Assembly (NCBI GenBank): GCA_947053645.1
Contig: CAMRTM010000002.1
Coordinates: 64,041 to 128,040 of the forward strand
DNA length: 64,000 nucleotides
Direction: 5' to 3'
From: an uncultured Bacillota bacterium
GTDB lineage: Bacteria > Bacillota > Clostridia > Christensenellales > UBA1242
In this document: one piece after another, positions 36,529 to 46,200 of the stretch
Numbering within the stretch: the stretch's first letter is position 1
How the letters are laid out: the number at the start of each line of letters is the position of its first letter
The notes under the pieces: model-generated
What the model was told of the DNA's origin: nothing
Seen by the model: only the letters and a program-made list of their open reading frames with translations
Database searches by the model: none
Translations under genes and position numbers: made by a program

Positions 36529-37824
36529 ATGAACTATACACCAAGACAGATTGTCGAAGAACTTGACAAATATATAATCGGACAAGCCAAAGCAAAAAGA
36601 GCGGTGGCTATCGCACTAAGAAATAGGTATAGAAGAAGTAGGCTTCCAAAGGAACTACGCGAGGAAATCACTCCTAAAAATATTATCATGCGAGGGCCTA
36701 CTGGTGTAGGTAAAACCGAAATTGCAAGAAGACTGGCAAGGCTTGTTAAAGCACCATTTATTAAGATCGAAGCAACAAAATATACAGAAGTCGGATATGT
36801 TGGACGCGATGTAGAAAGTATGATACGCGACCTTGTGGAGGTTTCTGTGCGTATGGTAAAGGATGAGCAAGCACATGAAGTGGAACAGAAGGTTGCTCCT
36901 ATTGTAGAGAAAAAACTTGTAGACGCCATTACTGACACAAGACGCGCAAGCGATATAGAAACAAACAAAGATACTGTGCTTGAAGATTTAAGAGCTGGCA
37001 AACTTGAAAATGAAAATATAGAAATTTCTGTACTTGACACTCCAAAACCTATGATTGCAGTTGGTGGGCCAGAGATAAGCCTTGGCTCTATGTTTGACGG
37101 ACTTATGCCACAAAAACGCAAGAAGAGGAAGATGACGGTTGCGCGTGCAAGAGAGGTTTTGACAAGCGAAGAGTGTGATAAAATTATCGATAAAGATAAT
37201 GTCAATGCTGAGGCGATAAGGCGTGCTGAGGAAGAGGGAATAATCTTTATTGATGAGATTGATAAGATTATCGGCGGAGCGGGCGGTTCAAATAACCAAG
37301 ATGTTTCCCGTGAGGGCGTACAAAGGGACATTCTTCCAATTGTAGAGGGAAGTACTGTTTCTACCAAGTACGGCAATGTTAAAACTGATTTTATTCTCTT
37401 TATCGCCTCTGGTGCCTTCCATGTATCAAACATTGAAGATATGATACCTGAACTTCAAGGACGCTTCCCAATCAGGGTGGAACTTGAAAACCTTACGAAG
37501 GATGACTTTAAACGCATTTTAAGTGAAACAAAAAATGCTGTTACTCTTCAGTATGCAAGCATTTTGAAGGTAGATAACATTGACCTTAAGTTTACGGAAG
37601 ACGCTCTTGATGAAATTGCGGAAATGGCGGCGGCTGAAAATGAAACAAGCGAAAATATCGGTGCAAGACGCCTCCATACCATTATGGAAGCCTTGCTTGA
37701 AGACATTTCTTTCAATGCGTCTGGCGACCACCCAATGCTTGAAGTGAAGGTGGATAGAGCCTATGTTCAAAACGCTTTCAAAGAAACAAAGAAAAAATTT
37801 GACCTTAAAAAATTTGTATTGTAG
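36529..37824 (+). CDS. hslU: ATP-dependent protease ATPase subunit HslU (ClpY)
   Basis: [33 protein letters not shown], Walker [16 protein letters not shown] and [10 protein letters not shown]. Confidence 0.97.
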   Translation: MNYTPRQIVEELDKYIIGQAKAKRAVAIALRNRYRRSRLPKELREEITPKNIIMRGPTGVGKTEIARRLARLVKAPFIKIEATKYTEVGYVGRDVESMIRDLVEVSVRMVKDEQAHEVEQKVAPIVEKKLVDAITDTRRASDIETNKDTVLEDLRAGKLENENIEISVLDTPKPMIAVGGPEISLGSMFDGLMPQKRKKRKMTVARAREVLTSEECDKIIDKDNVNAEAIRRAEEEGIIFIDEIDKIIGGAGGSNNQDVSREGVQRDILPIVEGSTVSTKYGNVKTDFILFIASGAFHVSNIEDMIPELQGRFPIRVELENLTKDDFKRILSETKNAVTLQYASILKVDNIDLKFTEDALDEIAEMAAAENETSENIGARRLHTIMEALLEDISFNASGDHPMLEVKVDRAYVQNAFKETKKKFDLKKFVL

Positions 37825-37826
37825 GA

Positions 37827-38507
37827 ATGATTATGGATACGGGAAGAACAAGCCTGCTTATAGGTGAAGAGGGCGTAAAAAATTTATCACAAAAATGGGT
37901 GACTATAGTCGGCGTAGGCGGAGTGGGTGGCGTTGCTGCACATATGCTTGCAAGGGCAGGAGTCGGCAAACTTACTTTCATAGATTTTGACAAAGTTTCT
38001 TCCTCCAACATCAATAGGCAAATGGTTGCAAATGTGAATACCATTGGAAAACTTAAAGTGAAGGTACTTAAAGCACAACTTTTAGAGATTAATCCAAGCC
38101 TTGAAATTGATGTGATTTCCAAGAGGCTGACAAAAGAAAATCTTGATATAATTCCTGCTTGTGATATGGTGGTGGATGCGATTGACAGCGTAAAAGACAA
38201 AGTGGCACTTATTGTGCATTGCAAAGAAAAAGGCTTACCAATAATTTCGGCCATGGGCGCAGGCAACCGCTATGATGTGCCAAAGTTCTATTTGACTGAC
38301 ATCTATAAAACTCATGATGATGGACTTGCAAAAGTTATTCGCAAAAAACTGCGTGAGGCGGGTGTGAAAAACTTAGATGTTGTCACTTGTGACAGTAAGC
38401 CAGTGGAAAATCATTCCGGCACAGTCGGAAGTATCAGTTATTACCCAGCCATGTGCGGAATTACGATTTCAGCGGTAATAATCAACAAATTTTTGGAAAA
38501 AAAGTAA
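37827..38507 (+). CDS. tcdA: tRNA threonylcarbamoyladenosine dehydratase (ThiF/TcdA family)
   Basis: VTIVGVGGVGGVAAHMLARAGVGKLTFIDFDKVSSSNINRQ. Confidence 0.85.
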   Translation: MIMDTGRTSLLIGEEGVKNLSQKWVTIVGVGGVGGVAAHMLARAGVGKLTFIDFDKVSSSNINRQMVANVNTIGKLKVKVLKAQLLEINPSLEIDVISKRLTKENLDIIPACDMVVDAIDSVKDKVALIVHCKEKGLPIISAMGAGNRYDVPKFYLTDIYKTHDDGLAKVIRKKLREAGVKNLDVVTCDSKPVENHSGTVGSISYYPAMCGITISAVIINKFLEKK

Positions 38508-38537
38508 TTTTGTGATATAATAAAATAAGGAGGATAT

Positions 38538-38846
38538 ATGCAAATATTAAATAGTAAAACTTTTGATGATGCTATCAAAAAGGGAATTGTTGTTGTGGAC
38601 TTTTTTGCTTCGTGGTGCGGCCCATGCAGAATGATGGCACCTATCCTCGAGGATTTACAAGAGGAACTTGGCGAAAATGTAAAAATCTATAAGGTGGATG
38701 TCGATGAAAGCGAAGCCCTTGCTAGAAGGTATGGCATTATGAGCATTCCAACCATTATGATTTTCGAAAATGGACAGGAAAGGCAAAAGCATATCGGCCT
38801 TTGGCAACATGATGACGCACTTGATACAATAAAGTCTTATTTATAA
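38538..38846 (+). CDS. trxA: thioredoxin
   Basis: WCGPC active site. 102 aa. Confidence 0.95.
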   Translation: MQILNSKTFDDAIKKGIVVVDFFASWCGPCRMMAPILEDLQEELGENVKIYKVDVDESEALARRYGIMSIPTIMIFENGQERQKHIGLWQHDDALDTIKSYL

Positions 38847-38979
38847 TGTTAATCAATAAAATAGCGGAAAAATCGCTATTTTTTGTTATTTTTTATTAAA
38901 AGTAAGTCAACTTTTAATTATGCCTATTGACTTTGGGAAAAGAAAGTGATAAAATGAAATCATTAAAAGGAAGGAATTT

Positions 38980-40155
38980 ATGGTAAGAAAGATTTATCTA
39001 GATAATGCTGCTACAACCTATGTTTCAAGTGAGGTTTTGGCAGAAATGTTGCCTTGTTTTAATACCATTTATGGCAATGCAAACAGTTTGCACGGCTATG
39101 GACGAGAGGCAAGTGCAATTGTAGATAGAGCGCGCGACCGTATTGCACACGCAATTGGTGCGGCAAAATCTAATGAGATATATTTTACTTCTGGTGGTAC
39201 AGAAGCAGACAACTGGGCAATTAAGGGAATTGCACACGCTTATTCAAACAAAGGAAAACACATCATTACAAGTGCATTTGAGCATCATGCAGTGCTTGAT
39301 GCTTGCAAGCAACTCGAAGCAGAGGGGTATGAAGTGACATATCTTCCTGTGGACAAGTACGGCATTGTAAGTATTGCTGACCTTATTCACGCTATCAGAA
39401 AAGATACGACTCTTATTTCAATTATGACAGTGAATAATGAGGTTGGTACAATCCAAAACATCAAGGCCATTGCAAAGACAGCACACGAATATGGGATTAT
39501 CTTCCACACAGACGCAGTGCAGGCTATTGGTGCGGTAAAAATCAATGTAGAGGATATGGAAATTGATGCAATGACTATGTCATCACACAAAATCTATGGA
39601 CCAAAGGGTTGCGGCGCTTTATACCTTAAAAACGGCGTTAGAATTGAAAATCTTATCTCTGGTGGCGCGCAAGAGAGAGGTAAGCGTGGTGGAACAACAA
39701 ATGTCCCAGCAGTGGCAGGTTTTGGTAAAGCGGTGGAAATTGCAAATCGTGACCTTATAATTAATCAACAGAAACTTAAAGCGGTAAGACAATATTTCCT
39801 TGATAAGGTGACAGAACGCATTCCATACATTCAAGTAAACGGACATCCGCATCAAAAGGTGAACAGTATTGTAAACATCTCTTTTGAAATGGTGGAAGGA
39901 GAAAGTATCTTAATGCTACTTGATATGGAGGGCGTGGCAGTATCTACAGCGTCTGCCTGCACATCAAACTCACTTCAGCCAAGCCATGTGCTTAGGGCTA
40001 TGGGAGTGCCAGACGAGATAGCGCAAGGTTCAATCCGATTCTCATTTGGAAAAAATATTACAAGAAGCGATATCGATTATGTTGTTGACGCACTTGAAAA
40101 ATCAATCAACCAACTTCGTTCAATATCACCAATAACTAAAGCGGGGAGGAGATAA
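38980..40155 (+). CDS. nifS: cysteine desulfurase NifS
   Basis: PLP-lysine motif SSHKIYGPKG and catalytic-Cys loop STASACTS. Followed by nifU. Confidence 0.95.
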   Translation: MVRKIYLDNAATTYVSSEVLAEMLPCFNTIYGNANSLHGYGREASAIVDRARDRIAHAIGAAKSNEIYFTSGGTEADNWAIKGIAHAYSNKGKHIITSAFEHHAVLDACKQLEAEGYEVTYLPVDKYGIVSIADLIHAIRKDTTLISIMTVNNEVGTIQNIKAIAKTAHEYGIIFHTDAVQAIGAVKINVEDMEIDAMTMSSHKIYGPKGCGALYLKNGVRIENLISGGAQERGKRGGTTNVPAVAGFGKAVEIANRDLIINQQKLKAVRQYFLDKVTERIPYIQVNGHPHQKVNSIVNISFEMVEGESILMLLDMEGVAVSTASACTSNSLQPSHVLRAMGVPDEIAQGSIRFSFGKNITRSDIDYVVDALEKSINQLRSISPITKAGRR

Positions 40156-40157
40156 TT

Positions 40158-40571
40158 ATGTATAGTAAAGAAATAATTGAAAGATTTAAAAATCCAAGAA
40201 ACGCCGGAGGACTTCGTGGTGCAAACGGTATCGGTAAGGTTGGTAATGCTGCTTGTGGCGATATCATGAAGGTTTATCTTCTTGTAGATGATAACGGCAT
40301 TATTAAAGATGCAAGATTTAAAACATTTGGCTGTTGTGCTGCGATTGCCTCCACCGATGTTGCTTGCGATCTTATCAAAGGCAAGACTCTTGATGAAGCA
40401 CTTCAAGTGACAAACAAACAAGTGTATGATATTTTAGGGGAGATGCCTCCACACAAGATACACTGTTCAGTGCTTGCAGAGGAAAGTATTCACGCAGCAG
40501 TAGAGGACTACTATAAACGCAAAGAAAAAGCAAACAAAAAATCTGCCAAAGCAGATGATGACGAAGATTAA
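40158..40571 (+). CDS. nifU: Fe-S cluster assembly scaffold NifU/IscU
   Basis: ERFKNPRNAG...GNAACGDIM...TFGCCAAIAS...HCSVLA, giving the three conserved Cys. Confidence 0.9.
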   Translation: MYSKEIIERFKNPRNAGGLRGANGIGKVGNAACGDIMKVYLLVDDNGIIKDARFKTFGCCAAIASTDVACDLIKGKTLDEALQVTNKQVYDILGEMPPHKIHCSVLAEESIHAAVEDYYKRKEKANKKSAKADDDED

Positions 40572-40596
40572 AAAAAACACCATTCTGGTGTTTTTT

Positions 40597-41181
40597 TTAA
40601 TTCATGTTTATATTGACATCATTATTCATATATTTTTCTTTAAGGTAAACGAAGTATAATATGTCAGCCTCATCCCATAGGCGGAAATGATTTGCATCTA
40701 CACCTACATTCACGCCATAACTGCGGTAGGCACCACCGTCATGGATATGCCCAAAAAGATTAATAAATTGTGATTTGGTATCCTTAGGTTCATGCACAAG
40801 GTAGAACTCTCTTCCGCCAAAATCCAGCCTTAGTGACTTTTGTACATCCACAAAACCAAGTGAAAGACAGTACTCTCGAAATTTTTCATAGTTATTATTA
40901 AAGAAATGTTTAATTATTCTCTTCTCATTGTTGCCAATAATTAGGAAAAGTTTTGCTTTAATCTTTTTAATATATTTACTTGCCTCTAAATAGCAGGTGT
41001 TATATTTACTATCGCAGTCGAAAAAATCGCCGATGACAAAAACTGTATCATCTTTTTTTGCGGTTTTATTGATTTGTTTTATCATGAATTTGTCATATTC
41101 CTTGATGCCTTTGAAAGGGCGGTTGCCCGTAACCAAAGTTGCCTCATCAGAAAAATGCAAATCCGCAGTAAAGTAATTCAT
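40597..41181 (-). CDS. metallophosphoesterase family protein
   Basis: DLHFSD, GDFFD, GNNE and GHIH motifs in the canonical order. Confidence 0.75.
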   Translation of the reverse strand: MNYFTADLHFSDEATLVTGNRPFKGIKEYDKFMIKQINKTAKKDDTVFVIGDFFDCDSKYNTCYLEASKYIKKIKAKLFLIIGNNEKRIIKHFFNNNYEKFREYCLSLGFVDVQKSLRLDFGGREFYLVHEPKDTKSQFINLFGHIHDGGAYRSYGVNVGVDANHFRLWDEADILYFVYLKEKYMNNDVNINMN

Positions 41182-41290
41182 ATTTTTATATTACCCGTTT
41201 TCACGCGTTTAGTCAAATGTTTTAGTCTGCAAGACCGAGAATAAAGTATATTGTGATTTAGGGTTAAGATCGAAAAACAGGAGGTCTATC

Positions 41291-41364
41291 GAAAGCAAAT
41301 CTTCTTTTCGCTTAGTCCTCGGGCTTTCAGCCCTGCGAAAGTCGCTTAAAAAACATTTGCTTTC
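41291..41364. repeat. long imperfect palindrome (about 74 nt hairpin)
   Basis: Outer arms GAAAGCAAAT / ATTTGCTTTC. Inner arms cttttcgc / gcgaaag and gggct-ttc-agccc. Confidence 0.7.
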
Positions 41365-41390
41365 TTTTCATTTCTTTTAGATTTTAATTA

Positions 41391-41440
41391 CTTGTCATTT
41401 CGACCGTAGCCCGATAGGGCGGAGCGGAGAAATCTATTTT
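41391..41440 (+). repeat. dispersed intergenic repeat, copy C
   Basis: cttGTCATTTCGACCGtagcccgatagggcggaGCGGAGAAATCTAtttt. Overlaps the stop codon of the minus-strand HTH gene. Confidence 0.8.
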
Positions 41441-41679
41441 TCTAAATCTAAATTTTCATACAAAAATTCTTTAACATCTAAAAATTCTGCTGCAGTCATA
41501 TCAAAACAATGTGCTAAAATTATGATAGTGGATAACTTAATATCCTTATAGTCTTTATGTAAAATAACCTGTATACAATTTGGTGTTAAACCAGAGAGTC
41601 GAGAAAGTTTATAAATGCTCCAGCCCTTCTCGCTCATTAATCTTCCTAATTTATTTGATATTACTTCCACTATGGTCAT
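41434..41679 (-). CDS. small helix-turn-helix protein (XRE-like), copy 2
   Basis: 81 aa, paralogue of 12745-12990. The nucleotide differences are mostly synonymous. Confidence 0.7.
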   Translation of the reverse strand: MTIVEVISNKLGRLMSEKGWSIYKLSRLSGLTPNCIQVILHKDYKDIKLSTIIILAHCFDMTAAEFLDVKEFLYENLDLEK

Positions 41680-41808
41680 TTTTTTACCTCTTTTTAGAAT
41701 TTTACATCAGTGAGGCGAAAAATTTTTTAATTCTTCCTACTGTAAGAATTATATTTATACATGAATAAACAAACCCTTTTTGCACACACTAAACTTGAGG
41801 AGGAGGTT

Positions 41809-42009
41809 ATGAAAGAAGTTCATATGCTTTTAGGGTTTGGAATTGGGCTTGTTACTGGTGTGCTTTTATATAAATACAGCACTGGCACAAAGAAAACCGT
41901 AGATAAGGCTGAAAAGGCTGTTGCTAAAGAAGTTGATATGGTGGCTGAAAAAGCAAAGAAAGCAACTGAAAAAGCACAAAAAACTGTTAAAAAAGCAATT
42001 AATAAGTAA
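41809..42009 (+). CDS. YtxH-like small membrane-anchored protein
   Basis: GAGGAGGAGG Shine-Dalgarno before ATG 41809. One N-terminal TM segment (LLGFGIGLVTGVLLY), then a Lys/Ala/Glu-rich helix. Confidence 0.5.
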   Translation: MKEVHMLLGFGIGLVTGVLLYKYSTGTKKTVDKAEKAVAKEVDMVAEKAKKATEKAQKTVKKAINK

Positions 42010-42073
42010 TAAGAAAAGCCTATAAGGGCTTTTTTATTTAATTTGGTAATATGATTTTTCGACAATCTTTTAC

Positions 42074-42102
42074 TTGAAATATCTTTTCTTTTATGATATA
42101 AT
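42074..42102 (+). promoter_or_regulatory. sigmaA-type promoter of the SRP RNA gene
   Basis: TTGAAA, 17-nt spacer, TATAAT. Confidence 0.7.
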
Positions 42103-42103
42103 G

Positions 42104-42384
42104 CTTCTACCGAGATAGATGGGGAGTTAGCGGTGCCCTGTAACCTACAACCCGCTTTAGTAGGGTCGAATGTTTGCCTCGGCTTATGATTGTCAAATAT
42201 GTGTAAAAGTTTTGCGTGATGAAGTCAAGGTCCTATGCAATTGAAACAGTCGAACCATGTCAGAGCCTGACGGCAGCATCATTAAGATTGCACTTCAATG
42301 TGCCATAGGGTAACTTTGGTGGAGCGTAAACCTTTTGAGGCAGTTGGTGACCATTTGTCAAAGCAAATTTCTCGGTAAGAAAAT
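42104..42384 (+). ncRNA. ffs: signal recognition particle RNA, long Bacillus type (scRNA, with Alu domain)
   Basis: ggggagttagcggtgccctgtaacctacaacccgctttagtagggtcgaat matches the B. subtilis scRNA Alu-domain segment GGGGAGGUAGCGGUGCCCUGUACCUGCAAUCCGCUCUAGCAGGGCCGAAU. gaaccatgtcag...ggcagcatcattaag matches domain IV GAACCAUGUCAGG...AAGCAGCAUUAAG. The 5' taccgaga pairs with the 3' tctcggta. The ends are approximate. Confidence 0.85.
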
Positions 42385-42387
42385 TAC

Positions 42388-42410
42388 AGCGTGGATTTTC
42401 CACGCTTTTT
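42388..42410 (+). terminator. SRP RNA terminator
   Basis: agcgtgg-atttt-ccacgct followed by TTTTT. Confidence 0.8.
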
Positions 42411-42489
42411 ATATATTTATATTAATTATATTAATAAACCTTTTGTTTTTTAATCTAATTTGTTGTAAAATATTTGTAATGGAGGTTAT

Positions 42490-43212
42490 ATGCCAAGCAA
42501 GAAGACAAATGCGGAAAGGTTTTTATCTGCCTACAATAATATTGATTATACTTTAAAATCTCGTTATGATTTTTCTAGAAGTATGGGTTTTTCTGACCTT
42601 ATTAGAAAGTGTGTTGTACTTAACTATATTGTAAGAAAAAATGAGGACAAGTTGGTGGACTATGGTAGGCTTAGAAATGCGATAGTTCATAATAATGACG
42701 ACTTTATTATTGCTGAGCCTCATGACAGCGTAGTTGAAGATATTGAGCGTTTGGAAAAACTTATAACAGCGCCTCCAAAAGCGATAGATTTTGTAAGGCG
42801 AGATGTTCTCACTGTAGAGGCAAACAAGACCATGTATGATGTTATCACACTTATGTCCACCTCAAAATACTCAAATATTCCGGTATATGACAAAAATGGA
42901 CTTATCGGCATTGCAAATGGGCAGAAGATACTTGACTCTTTTGGGCAATTCTTGCTTGCGGGTGGAAAGGCTGATGTATTTTTAGAGCATGTGAAAATTG
43001 AAGATATGCTTTCGCGAATTGAAAACAGCAATTATTATGATGTTGCTCCGGTAGAAATAACCATTGAAAAGGCGCTGGAAGCTTTTCACAAAAATTCCAA
43101 ATTGCTTGCAATATTAATTACTAAAACAGGGTCAAGCACTGAGATGCCTCTTGGTATTATCACAGGTGCTGACGCTATGGAGATGAATAAAATTCTCGAC
43201 CAATATTCTTGA
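42490..43212 (+). CDS. CBS-pair protein with an N-terminal HEPN-like (Rx4H) helical domain
   Basis: GGAGG Shine-Dalgarno. The N-terminal 95 aa look helical and contain LVDYGRLRNAIVHNN (R-x4-H). The C-terminal part has two CBS-like repeats (VLTVEANKTMYDVITLM...IPVYDKNGLIGI and ...LLAILITKTG...PLGIITGADA). Confidence 0.7.
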   Translation: MPSKKTNAERFLSAYNNIDYTLKSRYDFSRSMGFSDLIRKCVVLNYIVRKNEDKLVDYGRLRNAIVHNNDDFIIAEPHDSVVEDIERLEKLITAPPKAIDFVRRDVLTVEANKTMYDVITLMSTSKYSNIPVYDKNGLIGIANGQKILDSFGQFLLAGGKADVFLEHVKIEDMLSRIENSNYYDVAPVEITIEKALEAFHKNSKLLAILITKTGSSTEMPLGIITGADAMEMNKILDQYS

Positions 43213-43227
43213 AACTAGGAGATTAGA

Positions 43228-46200
43228 ATGAAAAAAGAACAATCATTACCAAACTTTGTGGAACTTGAACACAGCATTTTAAATTTTTGGGAGCAAAACA
43301 AATCATTTGAAAAATTAAAAAAGCAAAATGAGGGACAGGAGCGGTTCCGTTTTCTCGACGGCCCAGCCACTGCAAACAATCGCCTTGGAGTGCATCACTT
43401 TTGGGGCAGAACACTTAAGGACATGACAATTCGTTACAACGCACTTAAAGGTAGAGATTGCCAATATCAAAATGGTTTTGACGGACAAGGGCTTTGGGTG
43501 GAAGTCGAGGTGGAAAAGGCACTCGGGCTTAATGGTAAGCCTGAGATACTAAAATACGGTCTTGATAATTTTACTAAGAAGAGCATGGAGCGTGTTGCTC
43601 ACTTCGGTAATGAAATTACAAAGCAGAGCATTCGTATGGGGCAGTGGATGGACTGGGAGAATAGTTACTACACCAACACTGACGAGAACATTACCTCTAT
43701 TTGGCACTTTCTTAAAAAGTGTGATGAGAAGGGGTGGATTGTAAAGAAAAATCGCCCTATGGCATGGTGCCCTCGCTGCGGTACAAGTCTAAGTGACCAC
43801 GAAACATCATCTTCTTATCATGAGGTGGAGCATACCGCAGTTTTTGTTAAATTGCCTGTCAAGGGCAAAGATTTTAAACTTGTAGCATGGACGACAACAC
43901 CTTGGACACTTTCTGCCAATGTTGCACTTGCAGTAAATCCAGAATTTAAATATGTTAAGGTGAATTTCCATGGCGACAATATTGTGCTTGGAAAAGATAG
44001 GCTTTCTATTTTGAAAGAAAAAGTTGAAATTTTAGAAGAGTTTAACGGCTCTGACCTTGTTGGACTTGAATACGAAACTTGTTTTCCAGAACTTAGCGAG
44101 CAGAACTTTACTCACAAGATTGTTGCTTGGGATGAGGTTGCTAACAGCGAAGGTACCTGCGTCGTTCATATCGCACCAGGTTGCGGTACCGAGGACTTTG
44201 AACTTGGTCAAAAGTTAGGCTTGCCTGAAATATGCCCAATCAATGAGCAAGGTGTGCTTCTTGATAACACGGGTTTCATTGCTGGCAAAAAGACGACAGA
44301 TGTGCCACAAATGGTAGTAGATAGACTGGAAAAAGACGGTAAACTTTTATATGCACATAGGTACAAGCATTCATATCCATACTGCTGGCGTTGTAAAACC
44401 GACCTTGTGTACAAACTCATATCTTCTTGGTTTATCAAAATGGAAGAAATTCGTCCGCTTGCATTGAAAGCGATTGAAGATGTTACCTTTAAGCCAGACT
44501 ATGCCAAAAAGCGTATGGCAGACTGGCTTGCTAACATGGGGGACTGGAATATATCGCGAAGCCGTTTCTATGGACTTCCATTGCCATTCTATATCTGCCC
44601 AAAATGTAATAAAGTGCATGTAATCGGCTCGCTTGATGAACTTAGAAAAAGAGCGGTGGACCCAAGTCTTGTAGATAAAATGCCGAATCTTCACAGACCT
44701 TGGATTGACGAAATTCAAATAAAATGTGAGTGCGGGGAAATTATTTCTCGTGTTCCTGAGGTGGGCGATGCTTGGCTTGACGCTGGTATTACACCTTTCT
44801 CTACTAAAAAATATTTTACTGACAAAAAATTCTTTAAAGAAAACTTCCCAAGTCAATATGTTTGCGAAATGATAGAACAGATAAAACTTTGGTTCTATTC
44901 TCTTCTTATCATGAGCGTTGTTCTCACTGGTAAAGCACCTTACGAAAAGGTGGTAACCTATCAATATGTGAAAGACGAGCATGGCGGCGAGTTCCACAAG
45001 AGTGGTGGAAACTCACTTGAGGCTGATAAGGTTGCTGACGAGGTTGGTGCCGATGTAATAAGATATTTGTATTGTGCGTCATCTCCAGCAAACGATATGA
45101 GATTTGGATATACTCTTACCGATGAGGCAAGACGAAAACTTCTCGGATTTTGGAATGTTTACACCTTCTTTAATACCTATGCTTGTATTGATAATCCAGA
45201 TATTTCAGGCTTTACTCCAGAAGAAAATGATTTAAAGTTTGCAGACAAATGGATTATTGAAAGCGTTAATAACTTTATTAAAAATTGTGACGATTACTAC
45301 GCAGACGATAAAAACTGGCTTGTTGTTCGCGATTTCGAAAAACTTGTAGATGATATTTCAAACTTCTACATTAGGTCAAATCGAAAAAGATTTTGGAAGA
45401 GCGAGAATAAGCGTGACCAACTGACAGCATACTGGTGCTTGTATTATGCAATTAAATCACTTGTACGCGTAATGACGCCAATCATTCCATTTGTGACTGA
45501 GTATATTTGGCAAAACATGGTGCGAGAGATTGAAAAGAATGAAAAAGAATGCATCATGCTTGCAGGTTATCCTACTCGGATTTATAACCAAAACTTTGAG
45601 GGCGTTATTGAAATCACTGAGGTTGCAAGAAACATCATGTCGACAGCACAGCGTCTTCGTAACGAACATCAAATTAAGGTTAAACAGCCTCTTAGAAAGA
45701 TGTATATAGCGGGGGATAACACCCAAAGAGTAATTGAAGATATGGGAGAGGTCATCAAGGACGAACTTAATATAAAGGAACTTGAGATAGTCACAGATGA
45801 CAGCAAGTTCAATGACGAATACCTTTCTGTTAATTTCAAAAAGGCTGGTGCGGTGCTTAAAGGCGAGGTGCAAAAACTGAAAACCACACTTGGCACTCTC
45901 AGTGACGAAGAAATGAAGGCGGTTATGGTAGGCTACTACCTTGGTAAGGTCGATGTAGGCGAATTTAAAGGACTTGCAAGTGAATTATTCAACCTTGAAA
46001 AGAAGCCAAAAGAGGACTTTGTAATTGCTCATGAGAATGCTAATACGGTTGTGCTTGATATAAATCTTGATAAGGCTCTTATTGAAGAAGGGCTGTATCG
46101 CGAGTTTGTAAGGGGACTTCAAGTACTTAGAAAAGAAGCTGACTTTGCCATTGATGATAGGCTTTATGCTTATTTTGAAACCGCTGATGACGACCTTGCA

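Noticed and set aside
36534-37433. 299-aa minus-strand ORF covering most of hslU
   Set aside because: Antisense shadow ORF. It is Ser/Leu/Ile-rich low complexity with no start context. hslU on the plus strand is unambiguous.
38900-38940. Inverted repeat AAGTCAA-N16-TTGACTT upstream of nifS as an Rrf2/IscR-type operator
   Set aside because: The right arm is simply the -35 box of a TTGACT-17-TAAAAT promoter. No regulator gene is nearby and the half-sites do not match a known consensus that I can verify.
12745-41679. The inverted HTH-gene copies as ends of a 29-kb invertible segment
   Set aside because: The copies differ at roughly a fifth of nucleotide positions, mostly synonymous, and have no long identical tracts. 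The intervening DNA is core housekeeping with normal synteny.
42104-42420. Possible T-box or riboswitch leader for the downstream CBS-ileS genes, and the 73-aa ORF 42335-42556
   Set aside because: The sequence matches SRP RNA segment by segment and ends in its own terminator. No T-box (..GGGTGGTACCGCG..) or specifier architecture is present. The ORF spans the RNA 3' end and terminator.
44371-44997. 208-aa minus-strand ORF inside ileS
   Set aside because: Antisense shadow of ileS with no motifs and no Shine-Dalgarno.
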